Shown here piece after piece: positions 47,401 through 57,952 of a stretch of 64,000 nucleotides of DNA. The translations under genes were made by a program, and so were the position numbers. How positions within the stretch are numbered: position 1 is the stretch's first letter; every line of letters begins with the position of its first letter. This DNA comes from Sporopachydermia quercuum (lineage: Eukaryota): NCBI GenBank assembly GCA_001599295.1, contig BCGN01000001.1, positions 2,356,001 through 2,420,000 of the forward strand. Direction: 5' to 3'. The notes under the pieces are model-generated. The model made no database searches. It saw nothing but the letters and a program-made list of their open reading frames with translations, and had not been told where the DNA came from.

Positions 47401-50400
47401 GATTTGAACTGAAACGTCGTGGAGAATTGCAATTAGTGAAAAACTTTCAGCAGGAGATCTTCAAGCTGTTCTTAGAAGGCTCAACATTAGAACAATGCTA
47501 TCAATCCGTTGCTCAGGTTGCCAATCGATGGTTGGACGTCTTGGATTCCAAGGGGAAATTTCTTCGTGATGAGGATTTGATGGAATTGATTTGTGAGAAT
47601 AGAAGTATGTCAAAAACACTGGATGAATATGAAGGACAGAAATCTACTTCTATTACTACTGCTAAACGATTAGGTGAGCTTTTGGGTATGGAAATGGTTA
47701 AAGATAAAGGGTTGGCATGTAAGTACATTATAGCCAATCGACCATTAGGGTCTCCAGTCACAGAACGGGCTATTCCTGTTGCAGTTTTCTCCTCGCCAAT
47801 TGAGATAAAACAAGAGTTTTTGAGGAAATGGTTGAAATCTCCAGCGTTAGATGAATTCGACGTTAGACTGATCATTGATTGGCCTTATTATTGGGAACGG
47901 TTAGCATCTGTTGTACAGAAGATTATCACTATTCCTGCTGCTTTACAGCACATCAACAATCCTGTTCCAAGAGTTGCACATCCTGAATGGCTACAGAAGA
48001 AAGTAATGGAGTTGAATTCTAAGTATAAGCAAGGCAGTTTGAGCAAGTTTTTGAAGAAGGACACTGCAAAAGACGCTATGCGTGTTTTACGGGAGATCGA
48101 TGGGAACGCTCTGACTGAGATAGACATTGAGGATCTTGGAAATATGTCTAGGAAAGCTGGAAACGTTGGAAAAGTTGGTATTGCCAAGAAAGCTGTTGTG
48201 CGAGTTTTAAAGAGGAAACGGCCAAAGGACACTGAGAATACACAACAAGCAGATATGGATGATGATGATAATAATAATAACAATAATAACAGTATTTGCA
48301 GTGGCGTTGTTGATGATAATAATGGCAACATAGACACTAATGAACCGCTCTCAACTCCTTTTACTGACTATCCTAAATACTTAGAACTGGCAAAACAGAA
48401 ATGGAAACAACAATTAGTTAAACGATCAAAAACAAAGCAATTATTTGGTGAAAAAGCTTCTTCAGCATCAAAATCAAGTATCACTAATAAATTACGGTCA
48501 CGAACTGAAACTTACGCTTATGCGTCATGGAAAATTATTCAATACATTGAAACTAATATTCCAGGAGAATTGAAAGTATTTGTTCAAATTGGTGAAGCCA
48601 TTCAGACATTCAGATTCATTATCCCTAAAAGAATATATGTTAACTTCAAAACAGGATGTCTGCCATCTGATGATATGAATATTAATAACTGTGAAGTAGA
48701 GAAAGTCAACTATTTTTTACCAGATGGTAGAATCTCACCGAATCTGTTTAAGATGACTTTAGAAGAGAGGAGCTTCCAACAAGAGCTGAATAAACCAGAA
48801 AGCTTTTTAAAGAGCTCAATCATTGAAGGTATCTACGAGAACCAAATAACAGGTATTGATAGAGCTATTATGGAGCTTGGAAGATGTTGCAGTTTGCAGC
48901 AAAGAGAAGCAGGATTGTTAGGTAAGGGTTTAGAACAAGGATTTCCTATGAGTTCATTATCAGCTGTTGAAACAAAGAGCTATTTAGAAAGAAGCCAGTT
49001 CAATTACATTTACTTGTTTCACATTCTTTCTAACCGATATGAAATATTCACAGTGTTTGACTCTAATGAAAATACTGTGAATATGTTTGTTCTTAGACCA
49101 TCAAGTAATTCACCACCCTTGAAAGGATTCAATAGAACATATCAAGAACTTTTCCATAAAAAAAAAGGGAAGCTAGACAATTTGAAAATTATCGTGGATT
49201 ATAAAGAAGACGTGGAATTCTCAGTCAGTTATTATGATGATTTGAGGAAGCTATATAGTAAATTAAATCATTGTATTAAGAAGATGAAAGAGGATGTCAG
49301 TTCGAATAGAAAGATCTTCATCATTCAAACACCTTTCAGCTCAAAGATTAGAAAAATCATTACTGCTATTAGCGAGTTCCCAGTGTTGGAACTGAAAACA
49401 ACAGAGTTCTCTTTCCCCTCGTTAGGATGGGAATTAATCGTGGTGAAAAGAATTATTAATCACATTTTATCGCTAAGTACGTGGATATCATATTTAATAG
49501 GTTTATCGAACTACGCAAATGTGCCTTTATGCAATCTGAAGTCTGATGATGTCAAATATCTTATTGATATAATGTATGCTAGAAAGCTGGTGAAAGCAGG
49601 AAATGTTCTTTGGTGGTCAAGAAATCCTATATGTGATAATGGTGGGAAAGAAGGTGAGAATTCATTTACAATGTTCGATTTTGATGGTAGGAGCAGCAAT
49701 GGCAACTGTAGTAGTTTCCAGTTCCCAGTGATAAATAACTCCAAGTTATACCAAACAAGCTGTTTGGATATAAAGGTATCAAATTTGCTTGTGAATACTA
49801 TCCTCACTAGTACAATGATCAACCAAGCAGAAGGAGCTGATTTGGCTGATGTCGCGATTGAAAATGTCAATGAAGGTTCAATTGAGCTCTTTGCCCAGGA
49901 TTCGTTTTCTCTGCCTGCTTTAAACGTTTTGCGAGTTTTAGTCAAACAATGGTGGGACGAAGCATTGAACGAGAATGCAATTGGCGATTTGATGATCGAT
50001 AATCTCGTTTCTTGGATTATCAAACCAAGCTGTCTGATGTATAACAAAAGGCTGCATTATCATATTCATAATCTGTCTAGGAAAGCTTTTACTCAATTAG
50101 TTGGAGAATTCAGAAGACTGGGCTCAAAAATCGTCTATGGATGTCAGAATAGGCTTATTCTTGAAACTAACAAAGTTAACGTTGGCAATTCGTATTCTTA
50201 TGGTGAATATATCATTAAGACAGTAAGATCTAGGCCATTGTTTAATTTCCTGGATTTGAAGCTGACGAAGTATTGGGATACGTTACTATGGATGGACGAA
50301 TTCAACTATGGAGGTGAATGCTGTAATGAGATTATATCTCAGGATAAACAGAACATGTATATTCAAATGAATTGGCAGATAAAACAGTATTTGCCTTATT

Positions 50401-51305
50401 TACTACAACCAGAATTTGATCGATGGGTGAAAGAACTTATTCAACTGCTATCAAAGAACAAGATTGAAGTGTTGAATGATATGACTCAAAGAAGCACTCA
50501 AGTTGGACATGTATTGAAGAAATATAAAAGCGGAGAAGATGTCGTTGATAACTATGAATTGGGAACCAATGTTTTAGAGAAACTGCGGAATCCATTGATT
50601 AAGAGAGTTAAAATGCTGTATAGAAGACAAAACGAAGCAGCTTTGCATGCTCAATTGGACGAAGAGTTTAAATTTCCCTTGCTGCCAGGATCACATTTGA
50701 AACTGAGTAATCCAACCTTTCAATTGGTGAAGTTTATATGCTCAGTTTTCTCCCTGTGTAAGGAAATCAATCTTGACGTCAGAGCCTTAAGAAGAGATCT
50801 GTATCAACTATTCGATGTTAAGGAGTTCAGCAATGAAGGGATATTCAAGAATCCATGTTTCAGCGTGAAAGTTAGTCAGCTGACATGTGAATACTGTAAT
50901 TATATATGCGATTTTGATTTATGCGCGCAGGATGAGAATATATTCCAAGGTTCATCTGAAGGAATATCAATGAATTCTATGCAAGAAGGTGATAAGAATC
51001 AAGCAACGTTTACTGTTGAATGGAAGTGTGAACAATGCCGGAAATCATACAGCAGAGTTGCCATTGAGGAATATTTGATTGGGTATCTTCATGGATTGTT
51101 ACGCAGCTATTACACGCAAGATTTGAAATGTGGGAAGTGTAATAAGATCAGACAAGACAATATGTCACAGTACTGTTCGTGCTCGGGGCAATATATTGAG
51201 ACTATAGATAGAAAGACATTGACTCGTACGCTTAATCAGTATCAGCGAGTAGCAATGTATTATGATTTAAAGCTTTTGGAGTCATTAGTTGCTGATATAT
51301 CATGA
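44406..51305 (+). CDS. POL2: DNA polymerase epsilon catalytic subunit
   Basis: AFDIETTK exonuclease motif, YHVDVASMYPN, LNSFYGY, LELDTDG, CysX (CAAC..C) and C-terminal CysA/CysB. Confidence 0.99.
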   Translation: MVNAPSSRGSSTARFVKNQRDANSSTKDRNNYXTMNNKTFTGNRTNNSSSNTNNNAFGSEAANGTMFGSPDTTFRMEAVKKFSAIDKKMGFDKFESGPSKLGWLINMHTTTIPSGDTIGGIAGVDYYFLDVEGGGFKGTVAFDPYFLISCKHGLETEIEEFLRRKFEKNIKRIEKIEMEDLGMANHLVGLTRTMLKLSFHNINELLAARRTLMPLIEANKARQKATDVYSNLNVEDDEFIEANKASLDLVEFIDDIREYDVPYHVRVAIDLDIRVGKWYHVHANDGKVELQEDKTRVTRADPVVLAFDIETTKAPLKFPDSKFDQIMMISYMIDGEGFLITNREIISQDIDDFEYTPKPEFPGLFTIFNEPNEKAVVERFFEHIQDSQPTVIATFNGDFFDWPFIDDRAKIHGISMYDEIGFMKDNENEYKSRYCAHMDCYRWVKRDSYLPQGSQGLKAVTTAKLGYNPIELDPELMYPYAREHPQLLSEYSVSDAVATYYLYFKYVHPFIFSLCNIIPLNPDEVLRKGTGTLCEMLLMVQAYEKNILLPNKHKDPLERFYNGHLLETETYVGGHVESLEAGVFRSDLPTDFSIDTTAIDELVRDLDQALKFSIEVEANSSMDLVTNYEEIKQEILSKLLALKQKPKSSQLPLIYHVDVASMYPNIMTSNRLQPDSMKTEQDCAACDFNIPGKNCDRRLNWMWRGEYFPAEANEYNMIKRALQNESFPVRGNKNYLKSYNELPYSEQVSLLKKRLSDYSRKVYHRVKQTQEVEREAVICQRENPFYVDTVRSFRDRRYEFKTLQKVWKKNLQEIPKDKVHEEENAKKLIVLYDSLQLAHKVILNSFYGYVMRKGSRWYSLEMAGVTCYTGATIIQMARALVERLGRPLELDTDGIWCILPKTFPENFTFKLSNGKRIFISYPCVMLNHLVHARFTNHQYQKLVDPIKLKYETISDNSIFFEVDGPYRAMILPTSKEEGKGLKKRYAVFNDDGTLAELKGFELKRRGELQLVKNFQQEIFKLFLEGSTLEQCYQSVAQVANRWLDVLDSKGKFLRDEDLMELICENRSMSKTLDEYEGQKSTSITTAKRLGELLGMEMVKDKGLACKYIIANRPLGSPVTERAIPVAVFSSPIEIKQEFLRKWLKSPALDEFDVRLIIDWPYYWERLASVVQKIITIPAALQHINNPVPRVAHPEWLQKKVMELNSKYKQGSLSKFLKKDTAKDAMRVLREIDGNALTEIDIEDLGNMSRKAGNVGKVGIAKKAVVRVLKRKRPKDTENTQQADMDDDDNNNNNNNSICSGVVDDNNGNIDTNEPLSTPFTDYPKYLELAKQKWKQQLVKRSKTKQLFGEKASSASKSSITNKLRSRTETYAYASWKIIQYIETNIPGELKVFVQIGEAIQTFRFIIPKRIYVNFKTGCLPSDDMNINNCEVEKVNYFLPDGRISPNLFKMTLEERSFQQELNKPESFLKSSIIEGIYENQITGIDRAIMELGRCCSLQQREAGLLGKGLEQGFPMSSLSAVETKSYLERSQFNYIYLFHILSNRYEIFTVFDSNENTVNMFVLRPSSNSPPLKGFNRTYQELFHKKKGKLDNLKIIVDYKEDVEFSVSYYDDLRKLYSKLNHCIKKMKEDVSSNRKIFIIQTPFSSKIRKIITAISEFPVLELKTTEFSFPSLGWELIVVKRIINHILSLSTWISYLIGLSNYANVPLCNLKSDDVKYLIDIMYARKLVKAGNVLWWSRNPICDNGGKEGENSFTMFDFDGRSSNGNCSSFQFPVINNSKLYQTSCLDIKVSNLLVNTILTSTMINQAEGADLADVAIENVNEGSIELFAQDSFSLPALNVLRVLVKQWWDEALNENAIGDLMIDNLVSWIIKPSCLMYNKRLHYHIHNLSRKAFTQLVGEFRRLGSKIVYGCQNRLILETNKVNVGNSYSYGEYIIKTVRSRPLFNFLDLKLTKYWDTLLWMDEFNYGGECCNEIISQDKQNMYIQMNWQIKQYLPYLLQPEFDRWVKELIQLLSKNKIEVLNDMTQRSTQVGHVLKKYKSGEDVVDNYELGTNVLEKLRNPLIKRVKMLYRRQNEAALHAQLDEEFKFPLLPGSHLKLSNPTFQLVKFICSVFSLCKEINLDVRALRRDLYQLFDVKEFSNEGIFKNPCFSVKVSQLTCEYCNYICDFDLCAQDENIFQGSSEGISMNSMQEGDKNQATFTVEWKCEQCRKSYSRVAIEEYLIGYLHGLLRSYYTQDLKCGKCNKIRQDNMSQYCSCSGQYIETIDRKTLTRTLNQYQRVAMYYDLKLLESLVADIS

Positions 51306-51639
51306 TTGGGATTAGTGTATATGTGGAATAAGGCGGAATTAATGAATTAATAAATGCATAAGTTAATTGAGAGTTATAACGAGGTCTCAATCAAGAAACA
51401 GTAGGATAAATTGTAGCATAATTTATGGAATAAAGATCATAGAAAAGATGTAAGACGGCAATACCGGAGACAATATGTNTTGAAAACCAGTAGGAAACAT
51501 TTCCGGAATTATGAGCAGAGTTTAAATTAACGTTGACATTTCAAACCTTACTTGAGTCTTGAGAAATGCTTGCTTAACTATTTTTAGCTTAAATTTGTTA
51601 TCTCTTCCGCTTTCTCTGTGAAAAATAATCTGACTCCTG

Positions 51640-51645
51640 ACGCGT
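51640..51645. promoter_or_regulatory. MCB box upstream of ORC5
   Basis: ACGCGT about 410 bp before the ATG of a replication gene. Confidence 0.5.
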
Positions 51646-52050
51646 TTTGGTCTTGATTGAAAATTTCCTGAATTGTCATTTAACGAATTGTCACATTTCT
51701 CATCAATTGTTGTTTGCTTGATTTACATCCTTTTATTATAAATAATAGCTCATTGATATCTTTTTTCTAGTATATTGATAGGTAGTTTTTGTTCATTCAG
51801 ACCATCAGATTCAATCAACAAAGTTTCCCATCTGCTCAACTGGCCATTCTGCTGTCAGCTTTTCATTTGACCTAGCTTCAGCCCCTAAACAGAGACACGA
51901 CTATATTCTTCTCTGAAGAATCTTGATTTAATCAACGGCCTCAATTGCTAACTCATGAGAACGACTTATCTGTATTACTGCTTTAAATCAGATTATTACT
52001 TAGAGCATTCTCATAATACTCTCTCACTTGCCTACAATCCTCTTTAAACA

Positions 52051-53574
52051 ATGACAGCTGATAGTGATGAGTTTCTCAGGAAAACCCTTGAGACTATCCA
52101 GCCTAAAGTAGTATGTCGTGAGAACCAATTACATCAACTGTCAATACTATTATCACCAGATGTTCATTTAAGACCACCCTCAATTCTAATAAATGGAATG
52201 AAATCGTCAGGGAAATCACACACGTTGAAAACGTATTTAAAAGCGGTGAAATACGATTTTTCATGGATCGATTGTGAGAAATGTGTAACGACGAGAATCC
52301 TCTTGCAAAAAGCTCTAAAGTCGATCAGAAGTAACAGTGGAAGAGAATTAACAAGAACTAATGCACCAATGATTAAAGCAGGGGAAGTTGTTGGATTTGA
52401 CGTCATTTGCGAAAACTTCGTTGCTTTTATTGCTGGATTAGAGCAATTCCAGCGTATGACCGATTATAGAGAAGGACATATACTAGTATTAGACAGATTA
52501 GATGAACTGAAAGAGAATCCCACAGAACTATATGCGTGTTTTTCTCGAATAACAGAGATGACATCAGAATTGAATAATCTTACGGTTGTAATGATTATTT
52601 CCTCTTTAGAGCCCAAAAATATTATAACAAGAGCCATTCCTTTAGTGAGATTTGATGCATACACCAAAGATCAAGTATCACTTATATTAAAGACATTCCC
52701 AAGTGTTGAATTCCCAAATGACAGTATAGAAACTGTTAACTTCTGGAACCAGTTTTGCCAAACTCTCCTTGATTCGTTAGGTGTTTATATTGGTTCTGAT
52801 GTTCGCTTGGCATTTGATATATCGAGGAAGTTATGGAATAAGCTCATGCAGAGATTAGAAGCTAATGGGATTTCAATCAACAAATCAACGAACTTCTTGA
52901 ATACCTATCGCCAGAATAAAGATTTGTTCCACAACGAGACACATATAAGTGAAACTTTGCTTGATGAAGAAGAAGATAGGAAATTCAAGCGAAGGAAGTC
53001 AGATGGAGGATTTTCGAATTATAACGATGGTCCTATCAATACCAATAATAACACAACCTCCGCTAGTACCAACAATTCGTTCACTATTGTTGAAAATGAT
53101 AGCAGACATGATCTTCCTATTCATTCAAAGTATATACTATGCGCTGCTTACATTGCATCTTATTCACCGGCGAAATTCGACCTTGCCTTATTCTCTAAAG
53201 CTAAAGAAATGCGTCTTCGAAAAGAAATAACGAAGAGGAAAGATATTGTGATTGATCCAAGAGCATTGGCACCTTCAGCATTTGATCTAGAAAGAATGTT
53301 GGCTATATTACATGCAATTATCCAAGAAAGTGATAATTTACATCATTTTGGTAACTTAAGGATGAACGATTCAATTACTCCCGGTGAACCTATTGCACCT
53401 ACTATTGACATAAGTGTTCAGATAGCTACATTAATATCTTTGAAGTTGATAACAAAGACAGCACATGCTGATCCTTTTGGATCAAAGACTAAATGGAAGG
53501 TCAATGTGACATGGGAGTTGATTGATAAAGTAGCAAATGACATTAACTTAAAAATAAATAATTACTTCATATAG
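52051..53574 (+). CDS. ORC5: Origin recognition complex subunit 5
   Basis: CRENQL, Walker A GMKSSGKS, LVLDRLD, SKYILCAAYIASY, FDLERMLAI, QIATLISLKL, WKVNV. Confidence 0.93.
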   Translation: MTADSDEFLRKTLETIQPKVVCRENQLHQLSILLSPDVHLRPPSILINGMKSSGKSHTLKTYLKAVKYDFSWIDCEKCVTTRILLQKALKSIRSNSGRELTRTNAPMIKAGEVVGFDVICENFVAFIAGLEQFQRMTDYREGHILVLDRLDELKENPTELYACFSRITEMTSELNNLTVVMIISSLEPKNIITRAIPLVRFDAYTKDQVSLILKTFPSVEFPNDSIETVNFWNQFCQTLLDSLGVYIGSDVRLAFDISRKLWNKLMQRLEANGISINKSTNFLNTYRQNKDLFHNETHISETLLDEEEDRKFKRRKSDGGFSNYNDGPINTNNNTTSASTNNSFTIVENDSRHDLPIHSKYILCAAYIASYSPAKFDLALFSKAKEMRLRKEITKRKDIVIDPRALAPSAFDLERMLAILHAIIQESDNLHHFGNLRMNDSITPGEPIAPTIDISVQIATLISLKLITKTAHADPFGSKTKWKVNVTWELIDKVANDINLKINNYFI

Positions 53575-53761
53575 ATAGGAGAACAAGTTTTCATTATATG
53601 TTAATAGTCGGCAAAATGTAGGTAACTGTATGAGGTGTATAGTAATGTTGACTATGATGACATGTTAGCATATTGATGTATACATGATTGGACGAACAGG
53701 TGTTATTTATATGTCCGTTACTTTTTATTTTCCTATTCATATTCGTTACTATTACATATCA

Positions 53762-55276
53762 TTATAAATCATCAAACAGAAGAAAATCTCCTTGTTCAGT
53801 GATATTTCTAACCAAAACCCCTGGTCGGAAATGCATAGTAGCCCAAGAACTCATCTCAAAAGAACTATGAGGTCCATGAACTTCGTCATTATCATCCCAT
53901 TTAAATTCCCACTCATCATTGGGTCTTTCATCAAAATATTGCGCTTGTTTTAAGAACTGTCTATTGATTTCATTATTATCATAGTCTGCTGTGGTCTCCG
54001 TTTGTTCTTCTTCTTCTTCAGCTTCAGATATATTTCGTTTTGAAGGTACAACATTTCCGTCACTATCATCCAAACCATCATCGACAATATCACTAGTCCT
54101 TGACCTACTCAAATAAACTTTTCCAGTTTGCTTTTTATATATTCTCATCAGCATTTCCCGGGATGTATCGTACACATTCGTCATTCCTTTCCGCAATAAA
54201 GAATCAGAGGCTGTCGTTAAATCCTCTATTAATATTTTCCGTTCTTTATCTCGTTCTTGCTCTTTGATTTCTGCTGACGTTAGAACATTCCCGTTGGTGT
54301 CTGTAGACTTCTTTGCTTTTGTTCTAGGTTTCTTTTTCCCTTTGGTCTTTTCTTTCTGAGATTCAGCGTATATTCGTTGTAACGCTTCTGTAGGCGTTTC
54401 TGCTACTGTCAGATTGTCAATCAACATCGTCAACAGCTCTTCTATAGACAATTTATCAATGGGATTTTCTCGCAACTCTTGCTCTTGTCTTTTTATTTCA
54501 GCTTCTTTGGCTTTACGTATTTCTGCCTTCTTGATGCCTTCCAACCAGCTATCCTGATGTTCCTTTTCATCAGTCTTTTTTATGAAGTTCATGTTAGCAT
54601 CAAACACTCCTTCTTCAGCATCTGTTTTCAGATCAAAAGACTCAATTTTCGGCTCAACCCTTCTGACTCTATGCAGTGCATCTGTTTCGATGTTCTCTTC
54701 TGTTGGATCAATATAGTATCCGATATCTAATGGTTCTTCATCAGAATCTGCTTGGTCATCTTTCAGACCATCTCTGTCATAGCTTTGATAGTCAAATCGT
54801 TTCCGAATTTCTGTCGGTAGTGCGGAGGTGTTATACTTTTCATTTTCTTTATCGTATTGATTCAATTCGTATTCTTTCTCAAATTCCTCAATGTTCAAAA
54901 GGTTGTTTTTCGTGCTTTGCTTCTGACTACTTATATTTTTCCGTGACTTTTCATTATCGTCATCCTCAGAAGCAAACATATCATCCTCCCCCTCAGAAAC
55001 ATAGTTTCCATTTGCTTTTCTACTACTTTCTATACTTTCAGAATTCTTTTTTATTAGTTCACCATCCTCATTTTCATCGTCTTCTTCTTCCGAAGATGAA
55101 TCAGAGTAAGCTAATTTAATCTCGTTCCTTTTATCGTTCCTGGAACCTTCGAGGTCTTCTTCTAGAAGTTGATTTTCAACTGTTTGTTCATTCTCGCTCT
55201 TATTTTCATCCTCATTGATATCCTGTGGCACTTCAAGAGGATTCAATACATTGAATCTTACTCTACGTTTGGACAT
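53762..55276 (-). CDS. LIN1: Lin1/Snu40/CD2BP2 U5 snRNP protein with C-terminal GYF-like domain
   Basis: DDMFA, IESFDLK..EEGVFD, DSWL, ETPTEALQR, WEFKW...HGP.....M..W; ATG (MSKRR) at 55276. Confidence 0.85.
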   Translation of the reverse strand: MSKRRVRFNVLNPLEVPQDINEDENKSENEQTVENQLLEEDLEGSRNDKRNEIKLAYSDSSSEEEDDENEDGELIKKNSESIESSRKANGNYVSEGEDDMFASEDDDNEKSRKNISSQKQSTKNNLLNIEEFEKEYELNQYDKENEKYNTSALPTEIRKRFDYQSYDRDGLKDDQADSDEEPLDIGYYIDPTEENIETDALHRVRRVEPKIESFDLKTDAEEGVFDANMNFIKKTDEKEHQDSWLEGIKKAEIRKAKEAEIKRQEQELRENPIDKLSIEELLTMLIDNLTVAETPTEALQRIYAESQKEKTKGKKKPRTKAKKSTDTNGNVLTSAEIKEQERDKERKILIEDLTTASDSLLRKGMTNVYDTSREMLMRIYKKQTGKVYLSRSRTSDIVDDGLDDSDGNVVPSKRNISEAEEEEEQTETTADYDNNEINRQFLKQAQYFDERPNDEWEFKWDDNDEVHGPHSSFEMSSWATMHFRPGVLVRNITEQGDFLLFDDL

Positions 55277-55774
55277 TGCAATCAATACTTCTGTCTGGAA
55301 TTGAGTAAGGCATGTAGAGAAGTGGTCCTGTCTATTGGTTCGTCTTCTTTCTTTCTTGTCTAACCCGGAGATTTTTATACTCTGTATATTCAGCCAATTC
55401 ACACTAAATCCAACAATCCAATTTTCCTATATAAACACTACTAAGTAGCATACAATATAATAGCAACAGCAGTACAATAGAAGAATTGTCTTGTCATGTA
55501 GTAAGTAATAAGAGAAAGAAGACACACAATGATAATCATCACGTTCGCTATTCAAAAGGAAATTGACATAGTTTCCGATATTGAAGTTTCCATATAATAG
55601 CGGAAATTATTTGATTGAGGATCAACATACAAAAAGAGGAAAGTCAAGATAGCATGTGTACTGAATGATCAACTACTGAAAGAAGTTAATTATAGTAGAT
55701 CTGCTGTATTTGTAATGAGTATGGACAATGACAGTATAAGAGACTTTTTTGGATCAGTTCTTTTGTAGATAAGT

Positions 55775-56392
55775 ATGGTTAACGANGCCGAAATGCCAGA
55801 AAAGACCAGTAGAAAAGATGGAGACTGCCTTGAGTCGTTATTAGATTTAGAAGAACAGTATGTGAAACGCTGATTTGTGGAACAGAAAGAATCTGAAATG
55901 GTATTTCTATAATTATCAATGAATCTTAGTATATCAATTAACATGAAATTCTATTACAGATTCTATCAAGAAGGATTTGATGAAGGCTACTTGGAAGGAT
56001 TAAATGAGTCGTTAGTTGAAGGGAAACAGTTCGGTATTCAAACAGGTTTTCAGAAATATGTCAATACTGGAATTCTTCTGGGTCTAACAGATGTTTATAA
56101 AGCAGGTTTAGCATCAGGTATTTTGAAAGCAAAAGAAGGTAAACTGGTGGAAAGAAACTTATCTGCTATTGAAATCTTTGGAGATAATATGCCAATGAAA
56201 AATGATCCTGGATCGGTAGAAGAATTTGAGAAGATATCAAGAATGATTAGAAATAAGTCAAGAGTTATAAGTAGTATAGTGTCCACGCCGTCAAAAGAAA
56301 ACTTAGTTGAGGCCTGTGATGAGATAAGTAGACAAGTTGGTGGAGGTGTTGAGGAGAAAATTAATGTAGTAAATGCAGAAACTTCATGGTGA
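55775..56392 (+). CDS. LTO1: Lto1/ORAOV1 (Yae1-Lto1 CIA adaptor); exons 55775-55857 and 55960-56392
   Basis: Intron 55858-55959 (GTATGT...CAG) gives LLDLEEQFYQEGFDEG...EGKQFGIQTGFQ deca-GX3 repeat. Confidence 0.85.
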
Positions 56393-56511
56393 AAGGTATA
56401 GATTTGAATCTTGTTGTAACGATAATGATAAGGGATAATGGGAACTCGTTTACAATGTGATGTTCATCTGACGTTTATTTGTAGGATCTATAAGAAGCTT
56501 AAACTTGTATT

Positions 56512-56816
56512 TTAGGCAACAACTGTTCCACTGTTTACAGCTTTACCTGTTTTCTTGATAGTTTCAAGAACTTTGTCGTACGGAGCTGAGTCATCAGCAA
56601 AGACATCAACGGTTTGCTTGTCCAAGGAGATATCAACCTTCTTCACACCATTCAGTCGGGTGAGAACTCTGTTTACCGCATTCTGGCAACCTATTAATAG
56701 TAAAGTTAGTAGTTCTGAAACCAATAAAATAAGCTCCGATCTTATCATCCCTTTGTGAGCTTGAACTTACCTTCACAGTGCATAGTAACATTATAATTGT
56801 AGTGATGTTCAGTCAT
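56512..56816 (-). CDS. ATX1: Atx1 copper chaperone, 74 aa; exons 56816-56771 and 56690-56512
   Basis: Intron 56691-56770 (GTAAGT...TACTAAC...TAG) gives HYNYNVTMHCEGCQNAV; IKKTGK motif. Confidence 0.92.
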
Positions 56817-57952
56817 TGTTAATGGTAGTGATCTATCTGACTTCGAAGTGGGTTCAATTTAGAAGCTCAGTAAAAACAAGAATCAGTAGCTGGAGATCTG
56901 CACAGTATGGCCAAATACTCATTCAAATACTTGATCTTCACTCTTGGTATATATCTTGCGTTTTTGGCCTTTTTCTTATACATCTATCATTGTGTATAAC
57001 TGTTTAAATGATGAGCAATCTATAAAAGGGATAAATAGTTCTTTATCGAAAAAGGCTGGTATTGCGTCAAATGCACTGTTACTGCAAGTGTCATGCAGAA
57101 GATTGAATATTACTAATCAAAGGGGGCCCTTACGCAGCTTTATGCATCTATTATGCATAAACTATAACCAACTCTTATGCATGAATAATGCATGTTTATA
57201 ACACTAATGTGCTGTTTATGAAAGGTATAAATTTCTCTTTACGCCTCTTTGAACGAGAGGTACAACAAGGGAAACTTCATTTTCAACAGAGAAAATGAGA
57301 TTATCACAATTAAACAGTTTCCTATCTGTATGGCACATTTGTCTAAATCAATTATTAGGCAACTATTACTTCCAACTCGTTGAAGCTTCATGGATTATAA
57401 ATGATTATGTGATTATCTCTCCCCACTACCTTAAGATTTTGTAAGTTCTCGTGCCCTTTAGAAGGGAGACTGGCTTCCCAGGTGTTGAGTGTTCCGTCCT
57501 ACTCCAAAGTCACTAATATATAGCTAGCCTTATCTAAGACAAACCTACTTAGTTTCATTATATTAAACAAAGTCAAGTATTGGGGGTAACAATACCAGAG
57601 AGAAATGACAATGATTGATAAATAGACAGATTTAATCGTCATTTGTTATCGCACTTACTTAATTATTATCCACTTTAATATTATGTAATGGATTATTCCC
57701 ATAGCATTATGCATATCATGCATATAAATGCATATTACACTTCATCTGCTTCATGAATCAAAATAATAAATAGGGCAAGAACTCAATACTGTTTGCCTTT
57801 TCTAACACGTTCTTCAAACAATCAGAATATCAGTATTGTGTCCTTTATCTTGTTAAGCTTGTTCATCGATTAGCTAAGAACAAATGGGTCAATGAGAACA
57901 TTGGAGATATATGCTTATACGTTTTAGAAGTGTCTAGTTCATTTATCTTTCG

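Noticed and set aside
44406..51305. Intein or alternative CUG code in POL2
   Set aside because: Length is normal apart from Asn/Asp-rich inserts and I saw no intein motifs. CTG falls at invariant Leu (KAPLKFP, GTLCEM), so the code is standard.
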